Below are positions 25,201 through 38,199 of a stretch of DNA of 64,000 nucleotides, in pieces (the first letter of the stretch is position 1; the number at the start of each line of letters is the position of its first letter). This DNA comes from Centroscyllium fabricii (taxonomy: Eukaryota): assembly GCA_051313645.2 (NCBI GenBank), contig JBNRSN020000007.1, forward strand, positions 253,084,001 through 253,148,000. The letters are read 5' to 3'. The notes beneath the pieces are model-generated. The model did no database searches, was not told the origin of the DNA, and saw only the letters and a list, made by a program, of their open reading frames with translations. Both the position numbers and the translations under genes were made by a program.

Positions 25201-25872
25201 AATCATCATAACCTGCCTTTTCTCGTTACTGATGCTGACTGACCTGTTGTGTATTTCCAGCGTTTTCTGTTTTGATTTTAGATGTCCATTCATAGTTTTA
25301 TTCTACTGTGTTAGTGTTTTGAAATTATTGGCAAAAGTACAGAAGGACAAATGTCTCCAGAACCTGGTCCCCATCCCCAAATATTGCACAAAGTATATAA
25401 CAAGGTTGCTGCCTGTGTTGTAAATCCTCTTTCACAAAAGCATTCCATAGTAAATTTGGATTATTCTGCTTACAGATTCAACTCTCAAGAATCAAACCTC
25501 CATGGGTTGTCAAAGGGCAGCCAACCTATCAGATATGCCCCAGGATCGTCACTACGGTTGGAACAGTCAGCAGAGAAAGGACAGGTGCCAGGACACTTGC
25601 AGATATCAAAGCCCGTGCTCAGCAAGCTCGGGCACAAAGGGAGGCTGCAGCAGCTGCAGCTGCCAATGTTACAGTGGAGGGAGGGGGCGGGTGTAGTGGT
25701 GGTAATGGGCCAGGGGGCACTGATTCCCCCGGACAGGCCGACGGAAAGACAAAAGCTTTTGAACAAACTCCGGCAAAACATCAGTACAGAGCACAGCTAT
25801 TCCAAACCTGCGCAGCAGATGAACCAGAAAAATCCAGCGATGGAGAGAATAGTATTAAGCAAGGTGTTATAA
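22132..25872 (+). CDS. ASXL1: Overlapping +1 transframe ORF (ASXL1-TF), spliced 22132-22205 + 25476-25872
   Basis: [25 protein letters not shown] joined to [10 protein letters not shown]...STEHSYSKP...VLSKVL*; 156 codons with no stop across the splice junction; EHSY at 25789-25800. Confidence 0.75.
22253..22968. mobile_element. Non-autonomous TIR element (Harbinger-like)
   Basis: CCGGAATTTGCGGTC near the left end versus GACTGCAAATTCTGG at the right end; GC-rich ends with an AT-rich core. Confidence 0.6.
23733..24112 (+). mobile_element. CR1 LINE 3' end
   Basis: [25 protein letters not shown]..., nearly identical to the 12455-13285 subfamily. Confidence 0.9.
24350..24932 (+). mobile_element. 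Degenerate DeuSINE interrupted by an antisense V-SINE fragment (about 24674-24890)
   Basis: GTCTTTTAGATGAGATG..AAAAGATCCCATG and ATAAATGCAAGT end, flanking a reversed SINE tail. Confidence 0.55.
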
Positions 25873-28808
25873 TCGAGGAATGCGTGGAAAGCAATCTAGT
25901 TGACACAACACAGCAAAGTAAATTGGTGACAGCAGATGATATCCAGCAAACTGAATTGGGAGGTGATGCCGGTTACACTATAATTAGCAGTAAATCACCA
26001 GATTTATTAGTGGATGTGCAAGAGTGCAACCAAGTCACTGTTTCTCAACTGAGTGACACGGTGGTTTCTGATGGACAGGCTAACGGTGGTGAAACTGCAC
26101 TTCTCCAAGATGATTCACCCCCTGAAGCACTGGAATTGCCTGCAGACAGAGACAATAGTTATACAGAATCCAGCAAAAATCTTAAATGTGAAACTGTAAT
26201 CCTTTCAATTGCTGAGACTGACAATCCCCTGCTTCTACCCGGTGATCAAACCCAGAAGTCTGGTCTAAAAGATAAAACCACCAGCATTGAAGAACCTCTT
26301 CCAAAATATGTTTTCTCTGGAACAGTAATTGCAGAAAATAAGGATGCTGCAGTCATCAACACTATGGACATCCCTGTTGTAGAGGTGAAAACTGCAGCAA
26401 CTGATTCATTACCAAGTAATGACAGTGAAACTAAAGCAAACACTACAGATGTTTTGTCAACCCAACTATCAGTTGAATTTCCAGAAACTGATTCTTGTGA
26501 GCAAGAGGTTAATAGATGCACCATAGAGGCAATTGGATCTTCATTGATCCGTAAAGTAACTTGCTCTCCAACTTTGCAGACACATGAGGAAAAGGAGAGT
26601 GACTGTGTTGAATTAAACATACATAATCAGTTAGAAACAAGCACACTGCTGGAGACGTCAAATGAACCACGTGTTGCAGAGAAACAACTGACCTCTGTAA
26701 TAGTGTCGACGTGCTCGAATAAAGATCCCAGCCATTCATTAGCACAAAAACTTTCTCTCAAGTCTGAGAGGCTTGAAAAGCAGCTTGACTGTCCTGCTTC
26801 TGTTGACGCAGAAGAATGTGTGAAAGAACATCTTATAAAACAAGAGCAGGCAATGGCAGATGGCGGGCACCAATCGATGGAAGCTGGCGTTGCTGTATTA
26901 GACGATGCCTTTGAGCAGCTAACCAGCAAAAGGCAGCAAAACTGTGGAAGTGACATTAATAAGAATGGCTTGTATTATAAGACTGAAATAAATAGCCAGC
27001 TGTCTGATGAAAGTTGTGTACAACCCACAAATGAAAGAATATCTAAAGATGACAGAGCCCCTGTTTGTTCTGAAACTGGTGTAATTGTATTAAGTCCTGA
27101 TGCCTGCAAAGGGACTGATAATGGTGATCAGCACAAACAGATACATTTGTCCGAGGACGATCAGCTGCAAAAGGATGAAAGACCGAATGAGTGCCAGAAC
27201 CACAAGCCTGAAATCTTGCATAATTTAAATCAAACTGACTCTTTGCTACATCCAAGTGTTGAGGGGCCGAAAAGGGTTGGTAATTTTAATCGACCACTGT
27301 CATCAGTTGAAGTCAACAACCCACTAGTCACACAGTTACTTCAGGGCAGTCTTCCTTTAGAGAAGGTTTTACCACAATCTCATTCTGGTACCAAATTGGA
27401 GATAACTAGACTGCTTGTGCCACCTCCAATGCCTTCTGAGAGCCCGCCAGCTAAGCAGGAAAGAAATTTCAGTCAGTCGACTATTGATCATCTTGCACAA
27501 ACAACTGATCTCAAAAGCATAATCAGTGGAGTGCACAGTGGAATCAAATTAGCTGATTATCATTTGCATAAAATATTGTCCGGAGATTTTAGAGAGCTGT
27601 CTCAAAAACGACTAGAGCAGATGAAATCAAGCGTTTTGCAATCCAATAAGCATTATGTGGAATCTCAGATGGTCTTGGACAGAGATTGTAAAAGTCTAGG
27701 AGAAGGACCAGTTTTACAGGAGCAGTTAAATAGAACACCAGTTCTTTCTAGGCCTGTTGAAGAGTCTGGGCCAACAACACACAAAATAACCCAGGCTGCT
27801 TGCAGTTTTGAAGATGGCAACAAAGAACTAATGAATATCTCTTCTGGAAATACGCAAAGTCCCAATTTGCACAATCCTGTAATGAGAAGCATGCCTGAAA
27901 CATTAAAGCAAATCAGTAGCTCTACAGTGTCTGGCTATTACATTCCAAACACACCAAGCTTTTGTAAAAGTCTGGAGAGCCAGAACACTATTTTTGGTTC
28001 AGTAATAGCAAAGGCTTGCAGTGGGATGCCAGGGAGGCAGAAGGTGAACCATGGTTATTTGCATAACACTGTAGTTGTGCAAAATGATGGAAGCTGTGGA
28101 ACAACAGAAGTAATTAAGATTCAGTCAAAGGGTTCTGTTATTGAGCATGTACCAGTCATTGCCCAAACTTCACCAGAAAGGAATTTAATTGGTATGGACA
28201 GCATGCCAAATGTAAGAAGGGATTGGTTTCCTAAACTGCATGAAAGCTTTAAAGTAATCAAAACTGAAAATATTCCCACATGCAGGGGAATTAACAAAAA
28301 TCAAGACATCATTGGTATAAAGGACGGTGCATACATTCCATTTGATTCCAAAGACAAATTATACGTTGGACCAATAAAGATGGACTGCAACATTGGAAAG
28401 GTTATGAAAGAGACCGGTCTACAATTTCAGCATTCGTCCGAACATTCTCTCCTCAATTCCCAGCTCAGTATTCAGCAGCAGTTATACGGCAAGCTTCCTA
28501 AACTTTCTTTCAGTACCACAGGATTTAGCCATATCACTAACACATCAGTTTCTGAACTCTCTATGGGCAGCTTTCCAGCATCCCTTGCTGGAAGTATGAT
28601 GTCACTGAGTCAGAAGGCAAACTTTGGTAACCATAATTCTGCAGTTCCTGCTCAGACATTTGCTGAAAGCAGTGGTGTCAATGAAATGACGTTTAAATGT
28701 TCTTGCAGACTAAAGGCCATGATCATGTGCAAAGGATGTGGAGCATTTTGCCATGATGATTGTATAGGCCCATCTAAACTTTGTGTATCATGTCTTGTGG
28801 TGAGATAG
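25476..28808 (+). CDS. ASXL1: ASXL1 terminal coding exon (ASXM1, ASXM2, PHD finger)
   Basis: gcttacag acceptor; [24 protein letters not shown]...[12 protein letters not shown] (ASXM1); [11 protein letters not shown] (ASXM2, LVTQLL at 27324-27341); [36 protein letters not shown] (PHD from 28698). 1110 codons plus stop. Confidence 0.97.
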   Translation: MQLSRIKPPWVVKGQPTYQICPRIVTTVGTVSRERTGARTLADIKARAQQARAQREAAAAAAANVTVEGGGGCSGGNGPGGTDSPGQADGKTKAFEQTPAKHQYRAQLFQTCAADEPEKSSDGENSIKQGVIIEECVESNLVDTTQQSKLVTADDIQQTELGGDAGYTIISSKSPDLLVDVQECNQVTVSQLSDTVVSDGQANGGETALLQDDSPPEALELPADRDNSYTESSKNLKCETVILSIAETDNPLLLPGDQTQKSGLKDKTTSIEEPLPKYVFSGTVIAENKDAAVINTMDIPVVEVKTAATDSLPSNDSETKANTTDVLSTQLSVEFPETDSCEQEVNRCTIEAIGSSLIRKVTCSPTLQTHEEKESDCVELNIHNQLETSTLLETSNEPRVAEKQLTSVIVSTCSNKDPSHSLAQKLSLKSERLEKQLDCPASVDAEECVKEHLIKQEQAMADGGHQSMEAGVAVLDDAFEQLTSKRQQNCGSDINKNGLYYKTEINSQLSDESCVQPTNERISKDDRAPVCSETGVIVLSPDACKGTDNGDQHKQIHLSEDDQLQKDERPNECQNHKPEILHNLNQTDSLLHPSVEGPKRVGNFNRPLSSVEVNNPLVTQLLQGSLPLEKVLPQSHSGTKLEITRLLVPPPMPSESPPAKQERNFSQSTIDHLAQTTDLKSIISGVHSGIKLADYHLHKILSGDFRELSQKRLEQMKSSVLQSNKHYVESQMVLDRDCKSLGEGPVLQEQLNRTPVLSRPVEESGPTTHKITQAACSFEDGNKELMNISSGNTQSPNLHNPVMRSMPETLKQISSSTVSGYYIPNTPSFCKSLESQNTIFGSVIAKACSGMPGRQKVNHGYLHNTVVVQNDGSCGTTEVIKIQSKGSVIEHVPVIAQTSPERNLIGMDSMPNVRRDWFPKLHESFKVIKTENIPTCRGINKNQDIIGIKDGAYIPFDSKDKLYVGPIKMDCNIGKVMKETGLQFQHSSEHSLLNSQLSIQQQLYGKLPKLSFSTTGFSHITNTSVSELSMGSFPASLAGSMMSLSQKANFGNHNSAVPAQTFAESSGVNEMTFKCSCRLKAMIMCKGCGAFCHDDCIGPSKLCVSCLVVR

Positions 28809-30910
28809 TAAAGAACTGTTGTGAAGAAATTACTGATCTGGACCACTATTATGTGGAGTATTATAGCATGGTAAAAGTGCAACATATATGTATCAGAATT
28901 ATGTATCATTGTGTATAATTTTGCCTTTTTTGAGTCTAGTCTGACCACTGTACATAAATGGAAGGGCAGATGAACTGCATGCAAAAACATTAGGACGTGT
29001 ATGTTAGCAGTTCATAATGAACCATTATAGGACTGCAAATCATGAGGGACCTAGCTATCTGTTGAAAATCCTATTTTATTTCTTGCTGATGTTGATGTCT
29101 TCTTACCAGAAATATGTAAAGATGAAGTTGTCAACTCCACAATAATGCTCTATGCACTGATTTTGTTTGTAAAACCTAAAGCAACATGTTAATACTGTAA
29201 AACTGACCACATGATTAAGCATGTTGAGTTTTTGCTATCTGTTCATGCCCTAATATAAAGCAGTATTCATTTTTGGCAATGTTAAAATGCATATAGTCTC
29301 CTACATTAGTCTGCTCTGCATGTTGGCGATGTTGCTCTTCAGAAAGATTGAAATGGAGGGTACAGTAATTGGTGCTTCCAAAGCATTACTGACACCGTAT
29401 CTTTAAGTTTTGTTTTGCTTGCTTCCACAGTATTTGAAATTGATAGAATACAAGCTATGAACACAGTGTTAGCAATGATGCAAGCTTATTAGGTGGCCTT
29501 AAAAGAAATGGTTTGTTTTTTCCATCTGTAATTGCCAAGAACAATGGGGCAGAAAGTCTTTTACTTCACTGTTTGGCCTGAGTCTCATTCCCTGTTTACC
29601 AAAGACATTCTGCAAATATAAATTTATTTAGAAGTGGCTTTACAAACTCATTCTCAGGGTACATTAATCTCTTTAGCCATCAAGTCTTTCTCCTTCCTAT
29701 TATTTGTCTATCTTAATGCTGTTGTGTTGACTGAGTATATGCTTGGGATTTATTGGTCTTTGATGCGTGGGTGACTTCTGTCTGTATTATGCTGTATTTT
29801 TATTTACACCTTTACACAGTATTGAAAAGTTGTGTAGTAAATTGAATAAAATGCATTCATTATATTGTGATGCAGTACTTTGTTCATATAAATTTGCTAA
29901 GCACTTTCCTCCTTTTCAATTTGCAAATTTTATCCATTTTAAATATTAAAGCTTGTTTTAATTTTTGCGTTAATCGCTACTAAAATGGGGCTAAGAAAGC
30001 TACTTGTATTTTGCTGCTGGACTGGGCATTTCTTTTGGTTATGTATTGGAATGAAAAAAGTGAGCTTTCATTTCATTTCAGTGAGATTTAAATTGTGCCA
30101 TCTTTAGTTTCTCTCAAGAATAGCCTTTTCCTCCTCCTAATTGGCACATCTGCCAGTTGAATTGTACCACTAGCACACACTGTTCACACTAGCACCATAG
30201 CAGAATTGATTCATTTGTCGCTGCTTAAGTACTGCAAAGGCAGTGAGAATTCAAGTATTTTTATGAAGTAAATTCTGGGAGGAACAAAAACCAGATCATC
30301 AAAAAAGATTAGGTAAATTTTGCTAAGTTACTGCTTGATTTCTAAAATTGACAATCATTTAATCCCCCTTGTGTGAATATCATCACACATCAAGGATATG
30401 GCGTCTACAGACAGCTGTTACTGGCACAAGTACTGTGCCAAAAAAATACAACCTTTAATTTAAAATTGAAAGTATATACTTCATAAATAATTGATGTAAG
30501 TGAATGAATTCAGGATTAATCTAATCAGGTAATTTTTTTAATGGTAAGTGAATCCTTGGATGACTTGTCTTTAGAATAAATCACTGTTCTAGGTTTGTGT
30601 TTGCTTAAAAAGTGAGTACCTTCCCATTTTTCTTCTCAATCTCTTGCTCTCACTGGTCACACATTCATTGTGAACTATCCGAGTACATTGCATTTTATTT
30701 GCACAAGCAGAAGCTGGAACAAGAACCATTTTGAAATTTTTGCATTTCCCATTATTATTGGTCCTTATCTGGAAGGTATCAAGGTTGTGCAATGATACTT
30801 ATTCTTCCTTTTTGATTTAACTATACACTGTTTATAGCCAATATGTGCTGGGCAGCAACAACAGTATTAATCTCTCAAAGCAATAAAATTGATTTTGATT
30901 TGATTTTTGA
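28809..30910 (+). promoter_or_regulatory. ASXL1: ASXL1 3' UTR with candidate poly(A) signals
   Basis: AU-rich, no recognisable repeats. Pumilio-type TGTACATA at 28949; AATAAA at 29845, 30575 and 30882 (the last followed by a U/GU-rich tract); ATTAAA at 29945. The true 3' end cannot be determined from sequence. Confidence 0.55.
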
Positions 30911-32264
30911 TAACTAACCTGTGTTCATTTTCTTGTTAGTTATCCTGCAGATAAGCTGTACCTTTTGTGTCATTTATATAGGGGGACAATTTATATGCAG
31001 ATGTAAATTTTATGATGTAGTCTCCAATTTTGTTATTGTACACAGTTTAAATCCGCAAGTCCTCTTATTGCAAATCTCTCCGTGACCTTATCCTGCCCGA
31101 TCTCTCTAATCGCCTTCAGCATTGCATCCCATTCTGTGCCCAACAGTTCTCCGACTCTCATTTTCCGTGCATCTTTCAGCCATCTTGGCTGTGTTCCCCA
31201 GAGCGCTGCATTACTACCTTTCTTCCTACCTTTTTTAAAAGCCACCGTAAAACCTATTTATTTATCACCGGTCGACCCTTCTCACTCCTGCTGTTGCTCA
31301 GCATCTCTGTTTTATGATATTTGCCACTTTAAAAAAAAATTTAAACCATGCTTAAATAAAACTTTGCTCATTCATCATTCAGAAAGACAGATTGATTTCT
31401 TTACGCGGCCTGGACTGCAGAGCCTTGGGCATCAAGTATTTAAAAAGTCTGATCAAATGTCAGGCCCTGTGCTTACATCTAGGTCAGGCACAGACACGGC
31501 TGAAATCAACATTTTAAAACTGCTAATTCTGCAAACAGACGCTGTTGAATCTGTTGAGCCCCACACTCCTAAAATTAGGTTTGCTTTTATTTATTGTTAA
31601 TGGATTGAGGATATCAATCCGTTTGGAGTTGAATAGCAGCTGTGGCATATATAGGTAAACGTACTGTGTCTGTGTGGGAGGGGGATGGCGGGGCCTGGCC
31701 ACATTTCAGGGAGCTCTAATGAGCTAGATCAACATCAGACGGTCTTTCTTTTCAGTCATACCTAATTATCGGTAGAAACCAGATGGTGGTTGATTTTTCT
31801 AATTGTCAGATCTGGGGAAAAAGTGCTTCTAATGACAGACCTGTGAAAGTATTGCGTAGACACTTTTACCAGAGTGTGTTTGTGTGGGTGTTTTTTCAAA
31901 ATAAGCATAGCTGCAAGCATTCCACAGCCTGAGGCCTAGTGTATGTTACAGGGAATGCTGTGAGACGAGAGACACTCGTTACTCTAAAAGCTGTGTTGTC
32001 CATTATATTAGCCTCGAGACACATGTAGCTATTTCAGAATCCAGGTGTAGCTTATTGCATTTCTGATGAAATAAATGATTAATATGCATTTTTGCTGGGC
32101 ATGTGATCTCGATACTCTGGCATGGTATGTTCTTGTGTACTTTAACCTTTTTTGTGTGTGTGTGTTGGTAAAATGGTATGTGTGAGCATTTTCTGATTTA
32201 CTTCCTTGATTAATGAATGGCGATAGATGTTTGTTAGGTAAATATACACAGGTGAAGTACATTA

Positions 32265-32752
32265 TTCACCAGACTGATACCTGGGGTGGCAGGAATGACG
32301 TATGAGGAGTGATTGGGTCGATTGGGCTTATATTCGCTGGAGTTCAGAAGAATGAGAGCGGATCTCATTGAAACTTATAAAATTCTAACAGGACTCGACA
32401 GACTAGATGCAGGAAGGATGTTCCTGATGACGGGGGAGTCCAGAACCAGGGGTCACAGTCTAAGGATAAGGGGTAAGCCATTTAGGACAGAGATGAAGAG
32501 GAATTTCTTCACCCAGAGAGTGGTGAATTTGTGGAATTCTCCACCACCGAAGGCAGTTGAGACCAATTTCTAAAATATATTCAAGAAGGAGTTGGATATA
32601 TTTCTTAAGGCTAAAGTGATCAAGGGATATGGGGAGAAAGCAGGGACAGGGTACTGAATTTGAATGATCAGCCATGATCTCATTAAATGGCGGAACAGGC
32701 TCGAGGGGCAGAATGGCCTACTCCTGCTCCTATCTTCTATGTTTCTATGTTT
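32265..32752 (+). mobile_element. CR1 LINE 3' end (second tail type)
   Basis: RLGLYSLEFRRMRADLIETYKIL...NFFTQRVVNLWNS; tail CTACTCCTGCTCCTATCTTCTATGTTTCTATG. Confidence 0.9.
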
Positions 32753-35687
32753 ATTTACCTGTGTTTCCAAGTGTATGCAAAGCATTTTATACTAAAATTA
32801 ATGCATGTGGCTAGTCACCGATTTCCATCAGACAACACTATTATAAAGTAACAGCCTTGCTCTGCTTGGATAGCACAAGATAATTTTAAAAATGTGTACT
32901 TCTCAATTAACTTTAGAACAGCAGACCCAGATTTGGGTTAAGAAACTTGTTCAAACTCCAGACTGTAACCAACTGCATTTATTTTGTTTAAATTTGATTT
33001 GTTTCTCACAAAGAAAACATCTGCAGGTTTAACAAGGTGGTCACTGAGCAGGGGAATGTGAGGGGAGAAGGTTGAAGACACAACTGCATTGACACTTCTC
33101 ACAGCTTAAATTATAACCCTTTGCAGTTAATATTTTTGTAAATTAACTGGATGCTGTTCAATAAGAGAAAATGTAAGCAGCTTAATAGGTAAAATAACAT
33201 TCAGAATTCTTGGTACCATTCTGTGAATATCCCTCGCTCTGATTATAACCATTCTAGATAATAAATACTTGAAAACTTTGCTCCATTTAGTCTATGCTAT
33301 TATCAATAGGATCAGCAGAAAGTGTGCACATAATACTATGCTCTCCACTGAATTGGTTAACTGAACATGTCTCTGATTAGATAATAATCAAGCCTTTGGT
33401 TGGGGTAGCACTTCACCTTTGAGATTGGCTTTTTTAATACTGCATATTAAATAATTGTTTTGTTTATTCAGTGTGGAACTATGTTTAAAAATAAATGATT
33501 AAATCTATAAGTATAATGAAAAATATAACTTTAGCACTCAAAATTGGTAACTTGACTATTTAGCAACTTAATATTACATCATTCTGAAATAGCAGCATGT
33601 CCAAGTCACAGGTCTTGTCGGAGGTTAAATTAATTTTGTGCAATTTTTCTGTCACTGCACATGTCCAATTAATAGGGCAGTTTTCTTTTGCTGAATTGTA
33701 TCCGAGTCTACACACACTTTTCTTTCAATAAGCTCAATCTTGTTGTAAAGTTCAAGTTATTTCACATTAATTTACTCTCGCAAGATGATAGCTCAACCGC
33801 AGAAATTAGTCGCCACAATTTTGTTTAAAAAAAAAGAAATCCTTGTGCTTAAAGATTCTCTGTAGTTTGAAAGGTGCATGGTGCTTGTATTAGTACTTAT
33901 TATTAGCAGGATACAGAAAGAGGACAACGTTTGAAATTCTCCAACAGTCACATCGCTACCCTTCACTTTAGGACTGAACTCTGCCCTGTTTCCTAGTGGC
34001 AAAAGTCAGATGTGTAACAGTGGGCTGTTGAAGTGCATCAGTATGGGAATACATTCATGCTGCATACTTGTTACCTGAAAACCGCCTACTCCAAAGGATG
34101 ACTCCAGGTCAGCATTTACATGGTGCTGAACAATATTGTCTTTAGCTGAATAACATTTGGTGTTCACACTGAAGTAAGAAGTAGTGTAAAACAAAGCATG
34201 TCTAAAGTTTGAATTCTTATACCTACATTGTCTGCGATCTCCCCAATACACTGTTTATCAAGCCATAAAAAAGCTAAACCTTTGAAGATCATCTTGGCTT
34301 GGCCCTACTTATTTTCACTGGTTCAAAACTTACCAGAATAGTTAGTTTGTTTGTACTGGATTAAAGTTGTATGAATCAGAAATATAGTTAGCTTGTCCAA
34401 ACCATTTTACAATTGGTACAGCTCTGGTTAGGAATTACCTGTGTAACACTTTCTGTGGTGGATAGAAATGTAATTTCACTCATTTTATTCCAAAACTTTG
34501 CACAAATAGAGTTTACTTAAACCTTCATGTTGAATTCCTGATCTTGGCCATGCCATCACCTGGGCTGAAGTACTTCCAATTGGATAGGAACAAATGTACA
34601 GTAAGTCAGCTGTTCTCTGGCACCGCAAATGGTTGATTCCAAATGACATTGAGAGATGCTAGGAATGTGTCACTGTCTTTTAAATTGGTGCCTGCCATTG
34701 GGTGACTTCCTTCCAGAAATGAAAAATTCCATCCATTATTCAATGTGAAACTATATCATGCCGGTGGAGAACACCAACTTTAAGCAATTCCGCTGGTCTA
34801 AACTATATTCAATACTGGAAAAGTGAATAAATAATTGAAGATGTGTGTATAATGAGCATTAAGACTTGATGTGTGTGCGTATATTATTAGGCTATGGTAG
34901 CATTGTACACAGGGAGTTGAGACCAATTGCAGACTTCAGTTGAAGGTTGGTTAGAGGCTGGAGATTATTGGACGACGGCATGCAAATGCAACTCCGTCCT
35001 TTATTTTAAAGCTATGCATTCTGTCCTTGGATTTTAAATAATACTTTGATTTTACATTAATCATTGTCAAATGGAAAAACTTGTGGGAAGTGGGGAAGTA
35101 GTTGGAACAGAGGTACAGGCCAAGGAGATGTGAAATTGAAATACTGCCGCACTATCACTGGCGTGACCAGTGCACGTTTATATAAGCAGTTTCCAAATAT
35201 TTTAAAATGAGTAAAGGTTGGCGTCTTGTGTCTGCATGCATTTCCTGTCTACAAGTTTTATACGTGGAGATTCGTACATGTATGCTGCATATAAAATGTG
35301 TGACCTGAATAGATTCACATGATCAACTGATGGAGTATCCTAGCTCTCAACACATGGGAGCTTCCAATGATTGCCTCTAGGCAAAATCTTCCAGCTAAAC
35401 ACTTGTTGCAATCAAAGTTTGTTTACTTCTGAAAAATGAAAAGCAGTAGTTGTCAATACCTGGTCTAAAGAAAACCACCATCATTATAAGACCTCAACAA
35501 CTTTATTGTGCTTTTAGTTTACATGCGTTGTCTTCCATTTTTTTTCATATTGCATTGTGTTTTGGACTACAGTGCGCACTTGGTTGCTAACCTGAAGGTT
35601 TGACTCTTGAGGCTGCTTGTTATTGTAAGGGTTCAATGTATTTCATTATTTTGATTCATATGGGGGTGAGGGGGCAAAGAAATACAG

Positions 35688-37800
35688 GGTGGGATTTTCC
35701 TTAGCTCAGCTGGTCTGGGGCGGTTGCTGTTGGTGGCAGGTCGTGGCCACTTTGCTGGCTCCATCCTGCTCTGGAAAATGAATTTACATTGATTGGGCTT
35801 GTTAAGCCCGCTCAGCATGTTACCCAGTCCAATTAGAGGAAGCCGGTCTGGTGATGTCATTCATGACGCATCATCATCATCCGATTTACTTAAAGGGACC
35901 ATGGCCAACTTTCTTTTGACATTTGTGCTGTCCGTGTTCGACAGCATTGAGGTGCTGCAAACACTGACAATGACTGCACAGAGGTGCAGGGCTGCACCCA
36001 AATTCTCCCATGACTCCCTCCATAAGCTTATGGAGGGAGCCACAGCACCAAGGGAGGTTCTCTTCCCTTCCCATGGGCGGAAGAGACCTCCCCAGGTGAC
36101 CAACACCACCTCGTTGCACATTGCACAGGATGACACGAGCAGGGATGTTGTCAAGAGGACCAGGCTGCAGATCTCATCAGATCATGATATGTTAGTATTT
36201 GCACTACTCTCGGGAGCGTCGAGTCTTCGTCTCGTTGTATTGTACTAGTACTCTGCAATGACAATAAAACTTGAATTGAATTGAAGCCACACTCAACCTC
36301 CTCCTGCTGTGCCTCTCATCACATCCCCATCACTCTTCCTTTCCTACCCTACTCCTGCGCATTCTTACTCACACCAACTTACCTTGCAGATCCACCCATT
36401 CCTCTACATTATCACATCCCCATCTCACAAGCCACCCTCTCACTCACCCTTATCCTAGTGCAATCATATCAACTAACAACACACAAGGATAGCTACTTGG
36501 GTGCTTTATCCAATGTTCATGTAAAGTTTCTGTTAATGTGATGTCAAACATTGAAACCTTTTATTTTCAACAGGTTATGTTTTTGGGCAGATTTGTGTGC
36601 ACCCTTTGGAAGTGGCTCAGTGCGTTGCAGTGAATGGTGAGTCATAACGGTACGTTCCACAATGGTAATGAGTGAAGAAACATAGAAGATAGGAGGAGTA
36701 GTAGGCCATTTGGCCCTTCGCGCCTGCTCCGCCATTCAATGAGATCATGGCTGATCATCCAAACCCAGTACCCCGCCCCTGCCCTCTCCCCTTATCCCTC
36801 GATCCCTATCGAGCTTGCACCGACACATATCCCACCCTATCCCCGTAACCCCACATATTCAATCCCCCCAACACTAAGGGTCAATTTATCCTGGCCAATC
36901 AACCTAACCCGCACATCTATGGACTGTGGGAGGAAACCGGAGCACCCGGAGGAAACCCACGCAGACACAGGGAGAATGTGCAAACTCCACACAGATAGTC
37001 ACCTGAGGCCGGATTTGAACCCGGGTCTCTAGTGCTGTAAGGCAACAGTGCTAACCACTATGCCACCGTGCCACCCAAAAGAATGGCTTGGGCATTGTAG
37101 GGATGCTTTAATGGTGTTGGTGTGGGGTGGTGCCAACCTGGTGCATCATGTGACAGCTAGGGTGTACAGCGTCCAGTGAAGTAAATCTGGCTATGGTGAG
37201 GGCATCCCAGGCAGCAATGTGGTCGGGTGCTGATGCCCTGTGTCTTGTGTAGCATCAGTTGATTGCAGAGAAGGTTGGTGTTGGGGCTGATCGTGGTGGG
37301 ATTTGGAGGACCAAGGTGAGACAGTAAAGGGCACCCATGTTGATGGAATAGATGGCAGGTGAAGTAGAGATGACCGAATATTCTGTCAATGGTGAGAGAG
37401 CCTGTGCTGGAAATGGACTGAGAACAAGCTTGTGGCTGAGGAAACTGAGGATCAGTCAGGTGGAAACTTTACCTGACAGCTTCAAATGTACAGTAAATCA
37501 GCTGGAGCAATGGTCACTGAACTCCCACCTCAGGTTGGCAGCTGTGGTCCCTGAACAGTGTGGTTCCCGTGGCCATGAAGTTAGTCAAAAGGTAAGTTTT
37601 TAAAAAAGAAGCCTGTTAATCATCTGTCAACTAGATGCTAATGAGCTTAATTTGGTCGCCTGTCTGGTCTGCTCAGCACTGACAGACCCGACATTGGGAA
37701 AGGAGTGTTACGGCGGGTTCCTGACCCGCTGTCAACAACCCATTTTCCCACCTGACCCACCACCATTCCCGCCTGCTGACACCCTGGAAAATCTCAGCCA
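35688..37800 (+). mobile_element. Decayed PIF/Harbinger-type transposon with Myb/SANT-like ORF remnant
   Basis: Termini GGGTGGGATTTTCC / GGAAAATCTCAGCC; ORF 35793..36248 contains RAAPKFSHDSLHKLME...REVLFP..GRKRP...VVKRTRLQ, resembling Harbinger trihelix proteins but missing the conserved Trp residues. Confidence 0.6.
36676..37076 (-). mobile_element. V-SINE (HE1-like)
   Basis: Reverse complement of the 8843-9243 element. Confidence 0.9.
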
Positions 37801-38199
37801 TAGTAACTGAAATGACATTGATGACATGCAGCGTATGTAAAATGTCTCTTCCTCAAGATCTAATGAAAAGTAATTGGAGTTTAAATGTCATTCTCATACT
37901 TTGCATAATATGCTGATTATCTTAATACCTTTATTTTCTTTTAGCATTAAACCTCATTACGCAATGAAACCTTTCCTCCTTCACTGATCATTAGTTGAGC
38001 CTGAATGAAGTTGGTAGACAATTGTTCCTTTTTCTTAATGGTATGTATAGTACTTTTTATTTTGCTTGTATTCATTTAATTTTCCGGTTCTGATCTTTGG
38101 ATATTACTGTAGTTACATTTAGTAATTATTTGCCTGGTAATTGAAGGTTATAATGTTATTTACACTCCATCAAAAAGACTCTCTGTCTACACCTCCCTC

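Noticed and set aside
25502-25696. -1 frame ORF (64 aa) overlapping ASXM1
   Set aside because: Short, with no recognisable slippery site or motif, unlike the +1 ORF.
25485-27892. Minus-strand ORFs of 70-124 aa over the ASXL1 last exon
   Set aside because: Antisense shadows of the coding strand with no motif, splice or start support.
34075-34168. Exon-like segment on the minus strand (cttacttcag ... CAG/GTAAC)
   Set aside because: Plausible splice signals but no recognisable protein and no partner exons; unsupported without RNA data.
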